A DNA stretch of 64,000 bases from Hormiphora californensis (GCA_020137815.1 CM035359.1:7378001-7442000), one strand, 5' to 3'; positions 1 through 13,580 are shown, numbered from the stretch's first letter. The notes: a model not told the origin generated them from the letters alone. Numbers and translations are program-made.

Positions 1-3000
1 GGAGCAGATCTACATCTGAGAGGATAAAGGGGTATAAGAGGGCAATGAATGATGTGATGGTTATGAAGGATAAGTTCCCCTTCCTATCCTTCAACTAAAG
101 ATCATGGAGAAATCAGGGCAACGTGTAAGAAATGTGATAAGAACTTTTCTCTCCCCCAGAGTGCCAACAAGGATGTAGGAGGAGAGTGGTCTGTGGCTAG
201 AAAGAAGCTCCTTAAACATGCCCTGAAGGAACGGAAAGGAAACAACTCACAGCCGGTAGAACCTGCTGAAACAAGATCTGATCCTGAGCCGAAAATGAAT
301 CGGTTAACAAAGCTGAGAAAGAGCCTAAAGTTGACAACAACCTGCCAAACATGTCACCTTCAGTTTAGTAACGGTCTCCTCCTATCACGTCACTACGGTG
401 TTGTCGCAGTGTCAGAGGACTTTGAGGTGGACGGGCACTCTTTTGTAAACGAGTCGAGTGGGGCATTCTACTGCAGCTACTGTACAGGTGTGAGTTTTAG
501 TAGCGGTCAGGCGGTCATGCAGCACCAGATGTTTACCTGTCCCAGAATGTCAGAGCTGAGAGCGATGTCACCCATGGACACGGAGATAACTTCTAAAAAG
601 AGAACTGTGAAGGAAATCATTGTGTTGAAACAGAAGTTCCCATTCCTGTTCTTTGTAAAGGAGCAGAGTCAGATTAGTGTGAAGTGTACAACTTGTAGGG
701 AGGGTTTCTCCCTCCCACTACATGCCAATAACAACAGGGGCAGTGATTGGAAGGTGGCGGTACGGGCCCTTTTCACTCATGCTCTCAGACATCAACCAGA
801 TGTCACTCCTACCAATGACAACACAGTATCCTCCTCAAGCAGTACTACATCCAGTGTAGCCGCTACCAGTAGCATCTCGAAGGGAAAAGTGAAGGCTCCA
901 AGACTAACAACTCTGCCCAGGGGACGTCCCAAGAAACACAAAATGGCCATGTTATCAAAGCCTATCAAGGGGAAATCTTGTCGTACTTGTGACATGACGT
1001 TTAGCAACAAACAGATCCTCTCAAGGCACTACGGCGTCATCGCCATGTCTGAAGATTTCGAGATCGAAGGCCACACATTCATCAATACCAAAGGTTTCTT
1101 CTGCAGCTTCTGTAGTAAGACAGGCACAGGTGCGTTTTCATCCGCCAAAGAGGTAATGGGTCACCAGATGTTTAGCTGCTCTGAGTTAACCTCTCTGAGG
1201 ACCAGTGATAGTTCGGAATTTGTTGGCCGGAAAGAAGCAACGAAGATCATCTCTGAACTGAAGAATAAGTACCCGTTCTTTGCGTTCCATAAGAGTAGAG
1301 GACAGATAAGGGTGGATTGTGGGTCGTGCGATAGAGTAGTGAACATGTTACCCCAGAGTACTAATGCGAGTGAAGAATGGACCAAAGCGATTAACGAACT
1401 GAAAGAACATGCCCGGGAATCCCACAATGACCACACTCAAGTTGACGAAGTCGCCCCATTAGATCCTGAACAACCTTCTTTAGATGATGTTAACTCACCC
1501 GCCACTGCAGTTGTCAACTCACCCGCCACCACCGCAGTTATCAACACCAAAAAGGGAGGTAAAACCCAGAAAAAGCAGTTGCCAATTGGCAGTTCATTGG
1601 GTTTCAATAAGGGTGGACGATGGGGACGTTATAGCTGTAAGATATGTGACTACAAATGTAACGGAGGGGCAAGCATGGGCCGTCATTTTGGAACTATAGC
1701 TGCATCAGAAGACTTCCAACTTGAAGGACATGCCTATGTCAAGGGAGATAGACCAGGTTATACCTGTCGATACTGTGATGGGCTGGTATTCCAGACTGCT
1801 GAGGAAGTGATGCGACACCAATCCTTCGTTTGTGCACAACTAACTGAGATGAGAACAGCCGATCCCGATGATTTCTTTGGGAGGAAAGAGGCTATAAAGG
1901 AAGCAGCTGAAATGAAGAACAATTACCCCTTCCTGACCTTCCAAAAAGAATCGAAAGGTATTCTAGTTGAGTGCACACTGTGTGGTGAGAAGATGGACCT
2001 GCCCCTAAGCACAAAGGAGAAACAGAAATGGGAGTACGTGACGAAATTCGTAGTAGTGGCACACGCTGTACACCACCGTGATTCAAGTGGCAAGAAAGCA
2101 TTGGATAACCAACCTGATTCTCCAACAGTTGGGGATACACCTGCTGAGGTACAGGGATACAAGCGGCGCAGAGTAGCGGACATATTCGCTGAGAACTCCC
2201 TGAACCGAGGAGCCTTTGCAAGAAGTGATTCCTCTACTGTTGATCTTCCAGAGTGTTCCGTCTGTAAGGTAGTGTTCAGTGATAAAGTAACTCTGAATAT
2301 GCACTATGGTATCACACAGATATCAGTAGACTTCGATACAAAAACACACAACTGTATCAGCAGGTCAAAAGCAGATGAGCAGTTTAACTTCCCATCCTAT
2401 CCTTGTAGCTACTGCAAGAAGGACCAGGTGAGTAGCAAGGATCTCCTCCTACATCAGATGGAGAACTGCCCTCAGTTCCCATTTGGAAGGGAGAACGAGG
2501 AGAATGGAAGTGATAATGTCATCCTTGTTGTGGGTTGTGTCACAAACACCTCATCAAATAACACATTACCCAAGAATAAAGAGAACTCTGTTGATGATGA
2601 GGTTGAGATACTACAAGATCCAGAGGAAGTTACCTCTCCCGCTGATCAATCAGGAGTTTTCGAAGAGATGGATAGTACACCACAAGAGGGTGATGGTGTC
2701 AGTAAAAAGGCTTTGGAGATTGTAAACTCCCTCGATCTAGATGAGCCAAACCATCAGACTACAGTGATGGAGCAAGGGTATTCAAGAGGTGATAGCGGTA
2801 GTAAAATAGCGGCTGTTAACCCTATGCCTGTAGTTGCCACTTCCAGCTCTGGGGGGAATTATCAGCCATCTACCAACCTAAGAACTGTCACACAAAGTTC
2901 AGTAGCTGTAATTCACCCTCCTTCTTCACAGACAACACCCGGAGTTGAATTAGGATCCTCTTCCCTTCCCATACAATCTTCTGAAAGCGTTGCCTCCCGT

Positions 3001-3108
3001 CTCCCCACACAAGCAGCGCCTGTAACCCCCTACCTCCCCATACAACCAGCACCCTCTTCTGCACGTCCTGAGTCCCCTGATTCTCTTCCACCGCCACCCC
3101 TAGAGTAA
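1..3108 (+). CDS. Zinc-finger cluster gene A (5'-incomplete): 4 SxDF paired zinc-finger modules, 4 extra long-spacer C2H2/BED-like modules, Pro/Ser-rich tail
   Basis: ORF 193-3108 has CxxC..H..SEDF..H..CSYC..HQxxxC modules (e.g. CQTC..RHYGVVAVSEDFEVDGH..CSYC..HQMFTC). Homologous sequence (MKDKFPFLSF / TKDHGEIRATCKKC) continues to base 1 across a 1-nt frameshift at ~92, so coding starts upstream of the window. TAA at 3106-3108 overlaps a possible GTAAGG donor. Confidence 0.75.
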
Positions 3109-3292
3109 GGGTTGACACGTCACTTGAATATAAACACTATAACGACTGGGAAACCAGGTTTTTTTTATCCCAATACAGATATGGACTGGATAAATTTTTA
3201 TCTTTTATTTAGAGTTTTAAAAATAATATATTCTGCATGAAAATAGTGTGAACACTTTTAAAAATGGTTATTTATTAAAAACGTATATGGTA

Positions 3293-4687
3293 CTGGGTGT
3301 TCATTTTGGATCTTTACAAGCGTTGGCCTTCACTTAGAAAAAAGTTGACAAGATCAGGTCATGAAACTTCATACTTGGACCATTCTATACTCTCATTCAA
3401 GGTTCCTGGGGGTTTTGGAGCTCTAGCACCCCGGGAAGTGTGTTTTTGGCATCAAAACTACCAGAAGGAATTTTTTTGCTGGTGCTGAGACTTTGCTAAA
3501 ATGTTTTTTGGGTATTTTCTATGTCAATCCTAAAGTTTCATAGAGATTGGATGTGTTTTTCGGACTCAAAATTTCGATAAATGTGGCTGGAAGGGCTCGA
3601 AAACAGCTCAAAAACGGCTAAAATTGAGTTATTCCAGCCACTTTTTACGAAATTTTGAGTCTGAAAAACACATCCAATCTCTATGAAACTTTAGGATTGA
3701 CATAGAAAATACCCAAAAAACATTTTAGTTAGGGTAAGCTGGGGTAAAAGTGGCCCATTTTTAACGTTTTGGGTTCTAAAATACGCAATATATACAGCAG
3801 GAAGAAAAAAATTATATAGGCTATCCAATGAGACGTTTTCTTTTCAGCCGAGCTAATTTTTAAAATCTGCAAGTTTTATTTAATGGGTTAATTAATCAAT
3901 TCAAATAATTTGGTGAGGCGTTTTTTGGAAAATTTGCATCGGGGCAAAGTGGCCCAAGCCAATAGCATTGCTCGATTTTATCACGTGCCTGGTGTTGTTA
4001 GACGAAACGATCAAATTAGGGGCAAAGTGGCCCATGTTCTGCACCGGAACATGGGCCACTTTGCCCCTAATTTGACCGTCTGGACTACATGGCGCCTGCA
4101 TTCCAATATCACGTGGTATTGCAGGCGCCATTTCATTGGTCCTAGAGGTGGGCCACTTTGCCCCAGACCGGACCACTTTGCCCCGGAGAGTGGGCCATAT
4201 TCGCCCCGATTTCACAAAATTGACAATTTAATCAACTTAATATTGAGTTTTTTGAAAAAAATTTATATCAAGATTTAGAAGGATAAAAAACCTAACTGGC
4301 AGTTTTTGCAAAATTAAAATCGGCCAACTCAAACAGAAATTACAGCAGTTTTAAAGCAAAAATCCGGAACAGAACGAGCAGGTCTCCGCTGGAGAAAAAG
4401 TCACGTGACCACATGTAATAACTAGGGCCACTTTGCCCCAAACATGGGCCACTTTCCCCGGTGGGCCAAACTACCCCAGCTTACCCTAAGTCTCAGCACC
4501 AGCAAAAAATTCCTTCTGGTAGTTTGGATGCCAAAAACACACTTCCCAGGGTCCTAAAGCTCCAAAACCCCCAGGAACCTTGAATGAGGGTATAGAATAG
4601 TCCAAGTATGAAGTTTCATGACCTATTCTTGTCAACTTTTTTCTGGGTGAAGCCCAACGCTTGTAAAGATCCAAAATGAACACCCTG
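3293..4687. mobile_element. Foldback MITE, Tc1/mariner-like (TA TSD), interrupted by a nested element
   Basis: Ends ta|ctgggtgttcattttggatc and gatccaaaatgaacaccctg|ta. The left arm 3293-~3590 is the reverse complement of ~3630-3728 plus 4489-4687. Confidence 0.85.
3732..4486. mobile_element. Nested non-autonomous DNA transposon (TA TSD, 15-bp TIR)
   Basis: TIRs gggtaagctggggta / taccccagcttaccc flanked by TA. Removing it restores the length of the host arm. Many internal ggggcaaagtggccc motifs on both strands, and an internal hairpin at ~4012-4073. Confidence 0.85.
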
Positions 4688-5146
4688 TACATTGCATGGG
4701 TTAGCTTTATTCACTCTACATTTAAGATGTGTAGCAGGTCGTTTCATAATTTAATCTCGCGATGAATGTTTTTCTTCTTTCAGCAGAATAAGATATAAAA
4801 ACATGTGTAGTTCGTTTATGTTACCATCTTTTTACCAGAAGGAAAACTTAGTTCGTCTCTTATCTTCAATTTAACTTTCTATATCACATGTATCACTGAA
4901 AAAAATGAAGCGACCTACTATGATCAATCATCATACTAATGACGATCTACTATTCTATTTTCCCATAACAGATTACCATTGTTTTATTACGAATGTCTCT
5001 TATCCACCTTCCTAACCCCTCTTCTCAACCTTTCTGCTTTCTAATTCTATCGCATAATGATGACCCCATCTTCCTATCCCCCATACCCCCGTCTGTTTTC
5101 TATCGTATAATAATAATAACCCCATCTTCTATTTCTCTCTCTAGCT

Positions 5147-8100
5147 ATGAACGACCCTGACTTATTACCAGCGGTTCAAGAAGCCAGTAACGAAGGGGAC
5201 AGCTGCACACCACCTAGTAACCAGCCATCAGAAGAACCATCTACCACCGTTAGTAAAGAACAGCCAGAACCATCTACCACCGTTAGTAAGGAACAGCCAG
5301 AACCATCTACCACCGTTAGTAAGGAACAGGGATCTGAAGAACCATCTACCACTAACAGTAAGGAACAGCCATCTGAAGAACCATCTACCACTAACAGTAA
5401 GGAACAGCCATCTTCCACCACAGAACCTGCGGGGACTCTCTCAGCTGAGGTGATGGAGAATGGAGAGTCAGTTGGTAAAGTGAAGACGGTGTCCAGCACA
5501 TGTAGGTATATAGACGATTACGAAGAAGTGGAGCCAGTTGATAAAGAAGTGGAGCCAGTTGATAAAGAAGTGGAGCCAGTTGATAAAGAAGTGGAGCCAG
5601 TTGATAAAGAAGTGGAGCCAGTTGGTAAAGAAGTGGAGCCAGTTGATAAAGAAGTGGAGCCAGTTGATAAAGAAGTGGAGCCAGTTGGTAAAGAAGTGGA
5701 GCCAGTTGATAAAGAAGTGGAGCCAGTTGATAAAGAAGTGGAGCCAGTTGATAAAGAAGTGGAGCCAGTTGATAAAGTGAAGGTAGTCTACAAGATCTTT
5801 AATCCAGTTTTAAAAATGTATGTAGATGATATAGAAATGGAACCATCTGCTAAAAAAATTAAAGCCCGTATCGATTCTGATAAAGTTGAGAAGGCGGTTT
5901 TAGCTTATGATATCGATCAGGATCACGTACAGGACAGCGATAAGGATATCAATTACTAACTCTGAACCCCGGACACGATCACAGAAAAGGGTATGTTACT
6001 CCTGTCCCATCCCACTCCTCCCCTTTTATTTCTCCTCACTCAAAGCATTGGCCTGACAGGTACAGCCTGCATGTTTTGAACTCAAGGTTTTTTTTAGATG
6101 ATCCAATGTAATGTTTTCAGACACTGGACGCTATGATAAAAACTGGTGAACAAATTGCACGTGTGTTGGAAGCACCCCTATATGCGGTAGGTTATGTTTT
6201 AACTTTAGCGAATTTCTAGTAATAGGACAGTGCAAGTTAAACTAATTTATTATGACCCTTTGGCCTTAACGATATCATCTTGCGACTTCATTTTTAGATT
6301 ATTTGTTCTCCTACCCGACCCCACATAAAATTTGTTCTTCGTCTGTGGACGTCCACGTTATGTTTAGGTATCTTCTCTTTTTTACCCGTTCTTCGGGACT
6401 GAGTTGCATTTAGCTAAATACGCTGACCCTGTAACACATTTAATGCGAACACCCCTCCATCCCCCCCCCCCCCCAATACTCAAATACCCCCTCTCCTACA
6501 GGGACCACCAGATGAAACTACCACGTGCGTTGTGTGTGACGCAGTCTTCAAAGATGATTTCCACCTCTCACGACACTACAAAGTTGCCTACAGCTCCATA
6601 GATTTCCGATTCCACGACCACTCCTATACCGGTGAGGTATCCTATTGTTCTTACTGCCTGATAAGTTTTGCAGCTCCAAAGCAGTGGTCCCCTCACAACA
6701 TCATGCTGCACCAGATGATGAACTGTGATGTGTTCGAGAGGATCCGACTGGGTCTCCCAACGAAGAAACCACCAACAAAGAAGAGGAAATTAGACGCACC
6801 ACAACCTGTCATTTGGGAACCTGCCGCACCAGAATCTGCCATTTGTGAACCTACCGCACCACAACCTGTCATTTGGGAATCTGAGGTAGAAACGGATCCT
6901 GAAGAAGATCCTATCCCAGGCGCCAGACCCAAACCCATACCCGAAAGATGTGTTCCATCGAGATTCGCCAAGTTATCAATCCGATTTGGTCGTTTTTCAA
7001 CTTCCAAGGGAAGTATGTTTGTAGTTAACTCTGGTAAACCTCTATCCAAAGACAACAACGTGATTTTCTTCAGTTTCTCCACTACTGACAATGGTCACTA
7101 CGAGTACGATATTCACGAGTGTGATGTTTGTAAAGAGAAGTTCGGGTGTTTGGAAACCCACGCTGCTCACGACATCCTGATGATGCAGGTACGGGACTGG
7201 GACAGACACACCCACAAGTATGTACCGATAAGGGAGTCTTACAAGGGTATGTACCGGTGCAGTTTCTGTGGTAAGAGGTGCGAACTATCTGGGGAGCTGC
7301 AGCAGCATCAAGTCATGGGTAGCTGTACTGCCATGGAGGAGTTCAAACACCACTATGGCACGTTAAACGCGTGCTTAAAAATAGAACGGGAAGGAATAGT
7401 AGAAAGGACAGAGGGACATGCTATAGACAGCAAATTGTCTGAAAGTGATAATATCTACTGCACAAAATGTTACCAGACGTTCCCTAACTCCTCACCAGAG
7501 ACACTGTACCGACACAGGGAACTGATGGAGGATTCAGCAGACTTCAACAAGGACCATCACTACATTGGTCTCCCGGGGACCTTTGAGTGCAGTTATTGTG
7601 AGAGCCAGTGGCCGACATTACAGTTGTTTGAGAAACACCAAATATATGATTGTGATAACTTTGCCCTGAACACTCCAATCAAATCAGCTGATACCCAGAT
7701 CAAGTGTTGTGTGTGTAAGGAGGTGTTCCAGACGATGAAGGACCTGGATCAGCACTCTAACCTAGTGGCAGCTTCTGTTGACTTTAACGAACAACACTAC
7801 CCAATATCTGACAAGTGCTCTTATTGTGACGAGAGATTCCAGACTTTTAAGGAGCTGTACAGTCACCAGAGGGATGATGATTGTAGAGCCTTCTCGATCG
7901 AGGGAATAGCACTCCCACCTGGTCTGCTACCCCCCACACTGCCCCTAGCCCTGTTTGAAGACGAGGTAAAACTAGCAGAGGCCATCCAAACAACACTGAA
8001 CCTAGTATGTCAGGTGTGCAGCAGGTTCTACCCTGATGCAGCCTCCTTAAATCATCATTTCGCGTTAGTGAGGGCTTCAAAAGACTTTGATCTAACTACC

Positions 8101-10019
8101 CATGCGATAAAACCTAGAGCGAACCCCTATCCCAACAAGAACTTCACGTGTTTCAAGTGTAACAGATCGGATATGTATAGCTATGTCCAGTTTGAAGCCC
8201 ACCAGATAAGGTGCCTGCGTCTGAGTGAGAAGTATGGGACGGAGTGTGTGAGGTGTCAGGATGACATGGGTACCATGGAGGATCTGGCGAAGCACATCTA
8301 CTGGGGTGAGAGGACTATAAACTTTGACAACAAACACAACTTAAGGAATAAGGATCAGGATCCTTTCTGCTGTTTCTACTGCGGTATGATAGTACCCCCG
8401 TGGCAACTAAAGACCACCAGCTAAAGCGATGCTGGAGGTTCAGAAACTCAGGTGTAGTACGGGGGAGGCTCAGGGGTAAAGGGGACGTTAAAATGATTTC
8501 CACGGCTGAAGAGGACGTTGAAACTGTTTCCACGGCCGAAGGGGACGTTAAAACAGTTTCCACGGCTGAAGGGGACGTTAAAACTGTTTCCACGGCTAAA
8601 GGGGACGTTAAAAAGGTTCCCGAGACTAAAGGGGACGTTAAAACTGTTTCCACGGCTAAAGAGGACGTTAAAACAGTTTCCACGGCTAAAGGGGACGTTA
8701 AAACTGTTTCCACGGCTAAAGGGGACGTTAAAAAGGTTCCCGAGATCAAAAGACGACGTAAAACTTACGAGTGTAACGTCTGTGGAGAGGCCATGCCGGG
8801 TCCTGTGACCCTAATTCGACACCACTCCGTCATGGCCCAGTCAGTTGACTTTGACCACCATCACCATCTCCAGGAGAGTGTATATAAGGAACTGAAAAGA
8901 GATAATCAGAGGTTTCGGTTAAGGTGCTCCTACTGTTTGAAACAGTTCAAGAGGCAAGCTTATTTCTACGAACACCAAAAGGAGGAGTGTAAGTTGTCCG
9001 GGTTCCAAAATATAACCCACAAACTTGAGGTAGCGAAGAAATTGAGCAAAGTTCAACCCCTCTTCACCACAAACACCACAAACGGCAGACCGATGTGCAG
9101 GAAGTGCGATGTAGAGATAAAATCTGCACAATTTGCTAGATTACATGTTGATCTGATGAGAAACTCCCTTGATTTCGATGAAAAAACCCACGAGTATATC
9201 GGTGATGATGAGATGAAGGTGTGTGGATATTGTGATAAGATTTGTACCTCCCGGACTAAGCTAGAAAAACACCAGTACATGAAGTGTAAAATGTTTGAAG
9301 GAGTAACCAGGAACGCCAAGGCCGCCAATCTTAAAAGATGTGAGAAGTGCGATGTAGATTTCGTGAGTAAGATTGAATTGAAATTGCATCGGAAGCTGAT
9401 GAAAAGCAGTTGGGATTTCAATAGCGACACACACGAACTCTATGAAGACAGCAGAGACGGAGATATGTCGAAGTGTTCTTATTGCGGGGAGGTTGTGAAA
9501 ACTGGTCAAGATCTGGCCGATCACCAGCTGAAACGGTGTGAGAAGTTCTCAATATTTGAAGATAAATATAACCAACTGCAGGAAGAGCAGGGTGAGGGTG
9601 AGGAGGGTGAGGGTGAGGGTGAGGAGGATCAGAAGGAGGGTGAGGGTGAGGAGGGTGAGGGTGAGGGTGAGGAGGAACAGAAGGAGGGTGAGGAAGGCAG
9701 TGAAGAGGAGGTAGAGGAAGAAGAAAATAAAGGTGAAGAAGTTGAAGAAATGGTATTGGAAAATAAAGGAAAGGAAGTAGAGGAAGATGGAAAGGAAGGT
9801 GAGCAAGTTGAAGACCATGCGGAGCGGTGGAGGGAAGAAAAGAAAGGAGAACACGCGGAGGAAATGGGGACTGGAAAGAAAGGGGAGCAAGAGGAGGAAA
9901 TGGGGACTGGAAAGAAAGGGGAGCAAGAGGAGGAAGGTGGAAAGAAAGGTGATCAAGATGAAATGTGGGACCAATTATTAAGGGGTGCCGCAGCATCAGC
10001 AGTTGAAGTTTTGAAATGA
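5147..10019 (+). CDS. Zinc-finger cluster gene B, multi-exon: repetitive N-terminus, 9 SxDF paired zinc-finger modules, Glu/Gly-rich C-terminus
   Basis: Proposed exons 5145-5990, 6121-6186, 6502-10019 with canonical AG/GT; phases fit if one extra A at ~5951 is removed. A one-base frameshift at ~8410 joins CCFYC..WQLK to DHQLKRC, completing a module exactly across the two listed ORFs. Confidence 0.7.
5525..5776 (+). repeat. Coding 21-bp minisatellite (EVEPVDK x12)
   Basis: gaagtggagccagttgataaa in tandem. Confidence 0.95.
8481..8750 (+). repeat. Coding 30-bp minisatellite (GDVKTVSTAK, about 9 copies)
   Basis: ggggacgttaaaactgtttccacggctaaa in tandem. Confidence 0.9.
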
Positions 10020-10349
10020 CGCAAAGTTTTCTTGATACTGTTAATCGTATGATATTGATAGTGGACGTATCTGTCTTTTTATAACATTTATATTGTTGTT
10101 TCAGTAAATTATTTCCCTTCGAAAGAGTTTGTTCTAAAATCTCCCACCTCCCCCCGTAGCAAACCCTCCCCAACCAACCCTCCCTTGGTGAGCTATAGAG
10201 TTAAACCCTTCGCATTATCCGTCAAGCGACATAATAGGTAGCGAGCTACCATTCCCTGTCCAAGTCTCCCCAACCCATCTGATTATCCTCAGCTTCGATC
10301 GTCCTCGTCTCACTCCCAATTTTAACCCCTATTCTCCCTCCTTTTTAGT

Positions 10350-13047
10350 ATGGTACAACAGAATCATTGGGCACAATATGAAATTGAATCCAAATGCGAC
10401 CTCTGTCCCTCAATCCACTTCTCAACAGCGGAGGAACTACAAAAACATATCAGCACGGTAAAATCTTCAGAGGATTTCGATCCTTTTACCCACAAATCTA
10501 AAAGAAGAAAGTGTAGTTATTGCCATGTCATCACCACCACCTCCAAAGATCTCCTTGAACACCAGACTTCATCGTGCCATGTGTTCTATGTTCCCTCTCC
10601 TCTCGGTTCTAACTCCTTGGAGAGTCTCCACCATCAGATGACGTCTGCTATGGAGGGGGCAAATGACGCTGATTCATTCCTCAACAACATGGAGAAGAGG
10701 AACACTATGGAGGAGATACCTGGTGATGAGGAATCCAACAGGGTGGTGAAATGTCCTGCCGTCAGGTGCAAACGGAGAAGGTTCAAACTGCCCGAGTTAC
10801 GTCAGCACATGTCTATTATGACGTCATCGAGGGACTTCAAGAACACCCTCCACACTACAGTGGTGGGTGGTAATTACTGTTCATACTGTGAGACCTCATT
10901 CTCCTCCACGTCTCTACTGGAGAGTCACCAAACCTTCTGGTGTATGGGGTTCACCCCACCCGATATTACCTGCCAGTCCGTCCTTCTTGATATGGAGTGT
11001 GTTGAATTCACTGACAAGGTGGTGGGTGCAATGTTGCAGAGTCTAGATGATGATGATGATCACATGCCTGATCCTAACTGTGGTGAGGAGAGGGGTGAGG
11101 TGTTCAACTTGATACCTGTGACTCCAACCCCTGTTGTCGTTGTCGGACCCCTGTCATTGTTGTCAGGAGGCTGACACAATGAAACGTCATATTGAGACCG
11201 AATTACTGAAATGTCAAGTTGACCAAGCCGACAGACATCAAATTGAAGCAGATAAATGGAGACGCCAAATTGAAGCAGATGAAACGGTGAAGGATCCTAA
11301 GTTTGGAGTCCGAAAAGGATTCTGGAATGGGGCTCCTGAGACCCAAAGGGAAAAATCAAAAAGGAAAGCTTCGATAAATAATGATGGTGAGGTGTTCAGC
11401 AACGCGCTTCTGGTACCTGCTGGTAACTCTGCTGCTGAACTGTTGGAAAAGGAGCAGAAACGTGCTAAACTGGGCATTAATTACAGTTGTGAGAAGTGTG
11501 GTAGTAAGTTTACCAGTGAACTAGAACACTACAAACATGTGTGTAACCATGGTAACCACGACCCAAAACCGGATACTTCCAACTCACTCGATCAACGCGG
11601 ACGCAAATGCTTTGTATGCCGTCGTACTTTTAGTACCAGGATGGAACTTCTTCAACATTTGAGCATTATGGAGATATCGCCAGATTTCAGGACTGACACA
11701 CACATGCCCTGCATTAAGTGGCCCTGGTTTTGCTTCTGGTGCAAATTTTATTTTGGGAACAGACTTCGTTTTGAAGCACATCAGCTGGAAAAATGTCCTG
11801 GAAGAAAAATAGAAAAGATTGAGAAACTGGTATCCCAACTGGCGGCAATGAAACAGCTGCCTATGAAGAAGAAAAGAGTTAAGATTCCACCACTTGTGAG
11901 GCCGAGAAGGCTAAACCGCCAAGCCATGAAACAATTACAAACACGTAGAAAAGGTATTAAGATGGCGGAGGCCGATAAAACCCTGAAGGATCGTAAATTT
12001 GGAGTCCGAAAAGGATTCTGGAATGGGGCTCCCGAGCGAATGTTAACTACTGTGGTGAGTCAAAAGTTAAAAAGGAAACTAAAGAAAACCCTTTCAAATC
12101 GCTTGATCGTGCCAACAGAGGATGTGGCTAAAAGACACGAAGCTGCAGTTGACTACACTAAGGACCCTAAGGATGTCTCTCAAAAGATGCAAACTATTCT
12201 CGATGAGGAGCGAGATAAAGCGGCTCAGGGTTGGAGCCACAAATGTGGAACTGGACGGTGTTCGTCCAGGTTTGATACTGAATTGGACCTCTATAGACAC
12301 CAAGTAGTGACGGCTAAGAGTGTGGACTTTGATAAAGATCACAATCTGATCGCAAAGAATTATAATTTAATTTGCTGTAGCTACTGTCGCAAAACTTTCC
12401 TCACCTCTAGAGATCTAGTGACACACCAGTTCTGGAATTGTGTCGTGGTGAAAGTCATTGGGGAATCTTTCCTAAAGGGAGGGTTTAATACCAGTAAATT
12501 GAGAATAACTACATTGAAAGTGAAGAAGGCAGGACGGGTAAAGTTGGGCGGTCCTAAGATAAAACCGGCAGATGGCACTACTGCTGCAAAGCTGACAACA
12601 TCTACTGCTGCAAAACCGACAACATCTACTGCTGAAAAGCCGACAACATCTGAAGCTGCTGCGGGTGAGAGTGTTGCTGCAGAGAACCAGCCTGAACTCT
12701 CTCCTTGTGGAACTATTGACCCGGATCAGACACATTCTGCTACACCTCCACCTACTGTAACGGGAACTGTTCCGATGGAATCCTCTACTGATGGATACAC
12801 TGTTACATATCCTGCAACCTACTCGTGCACCGTGTGCCCCTTCGACTTCCTCTCTCCTAAAGAGTTGGTTGAGCATACCGGACTTATGGAACAGTCACGT
12901 GACTTTGACGAGAACCACGATTATATCAGCACAGAGGGAGGTGATTTCAAGTGTTCATATTGTGATAAGAGTTTTACAGAGATAGAGTCTCTTATGGAGC
13001 ACCAGTTGGATGTTTGTATCGAGTTTAGAGAGAGTTTAGAGGGCTGA
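10350..13047 (+). CDS. Zinc-finger cluster gene C: 5 SxDF paired zinc-finger modules plus one classical C2H2
   Basis: ORFs 10350-11174 and 11134-13047 can be joined in phase 0 by a 67-nt intron 11100-11166 (weak GTGTTC donor, tgtcag acceptor) or by a frameshift. Modules include CTVC..EHTGLMEQSRDFDENH..CSYC..HQLDVC. AG acceptor at 10347-10348, just before the ATG. Confidence 0.7.
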
Positions 13048-13225
13048 GAGGGTTAAACGAGGGTTTAGAGAGAGTTTAGGCAGCTGAGAGGGTTTAGGGA
13101 GCTGAGAGGGTTTAGAGAGCTGAGAGGGTTTAGAGAGCTGATAGGGTTTAGGGAGCTGAGAGGGTTTGGGGAGAGTTTAGAGAGAGTTTAGAGAGCTGAG
13201 AGGGTTAAACGAGGGTTTAGAGAGA
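13020..13225 (+). repeat. Minisatellite (gagagggtttagagagct-like) spanning the gene C stop codon
   Basis: Tandem variants of gagagtttag/gctgagagggttt. Confidence 0.8.
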
Positions 13226-13375
13226 TATAAGGGATGATTATTGGTACACAAGATCGAGAGAGAAATGTTATACATTTTTTATTGTTCATTATTTTATTTC
13301 TACCGAGCTTTACTAAACATTATCAACGTGTTTCATTCCTCTGCTGTTACAATTTAGTTTCTTCTGTCCACACTT

Positions 13376-13449
13376 TCTCTCTCTGTCTCTCTGTCTCTCT
13401 CTGTCCCTCTCTGTCTCTCTCTCTGTCTCTGTCTCTCTCTCTCTCTCTC

Positions 13450-13541
<92 letters not shown>

Positions 13542-13580
13542 TCCCACTCTCTCTCCTCTCTCTCCTCTCTTTCTCCTGTC
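13376..13580. repeat. (CT)n microsatellite
   Basis: Direct reading. Confidence 0.95.
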
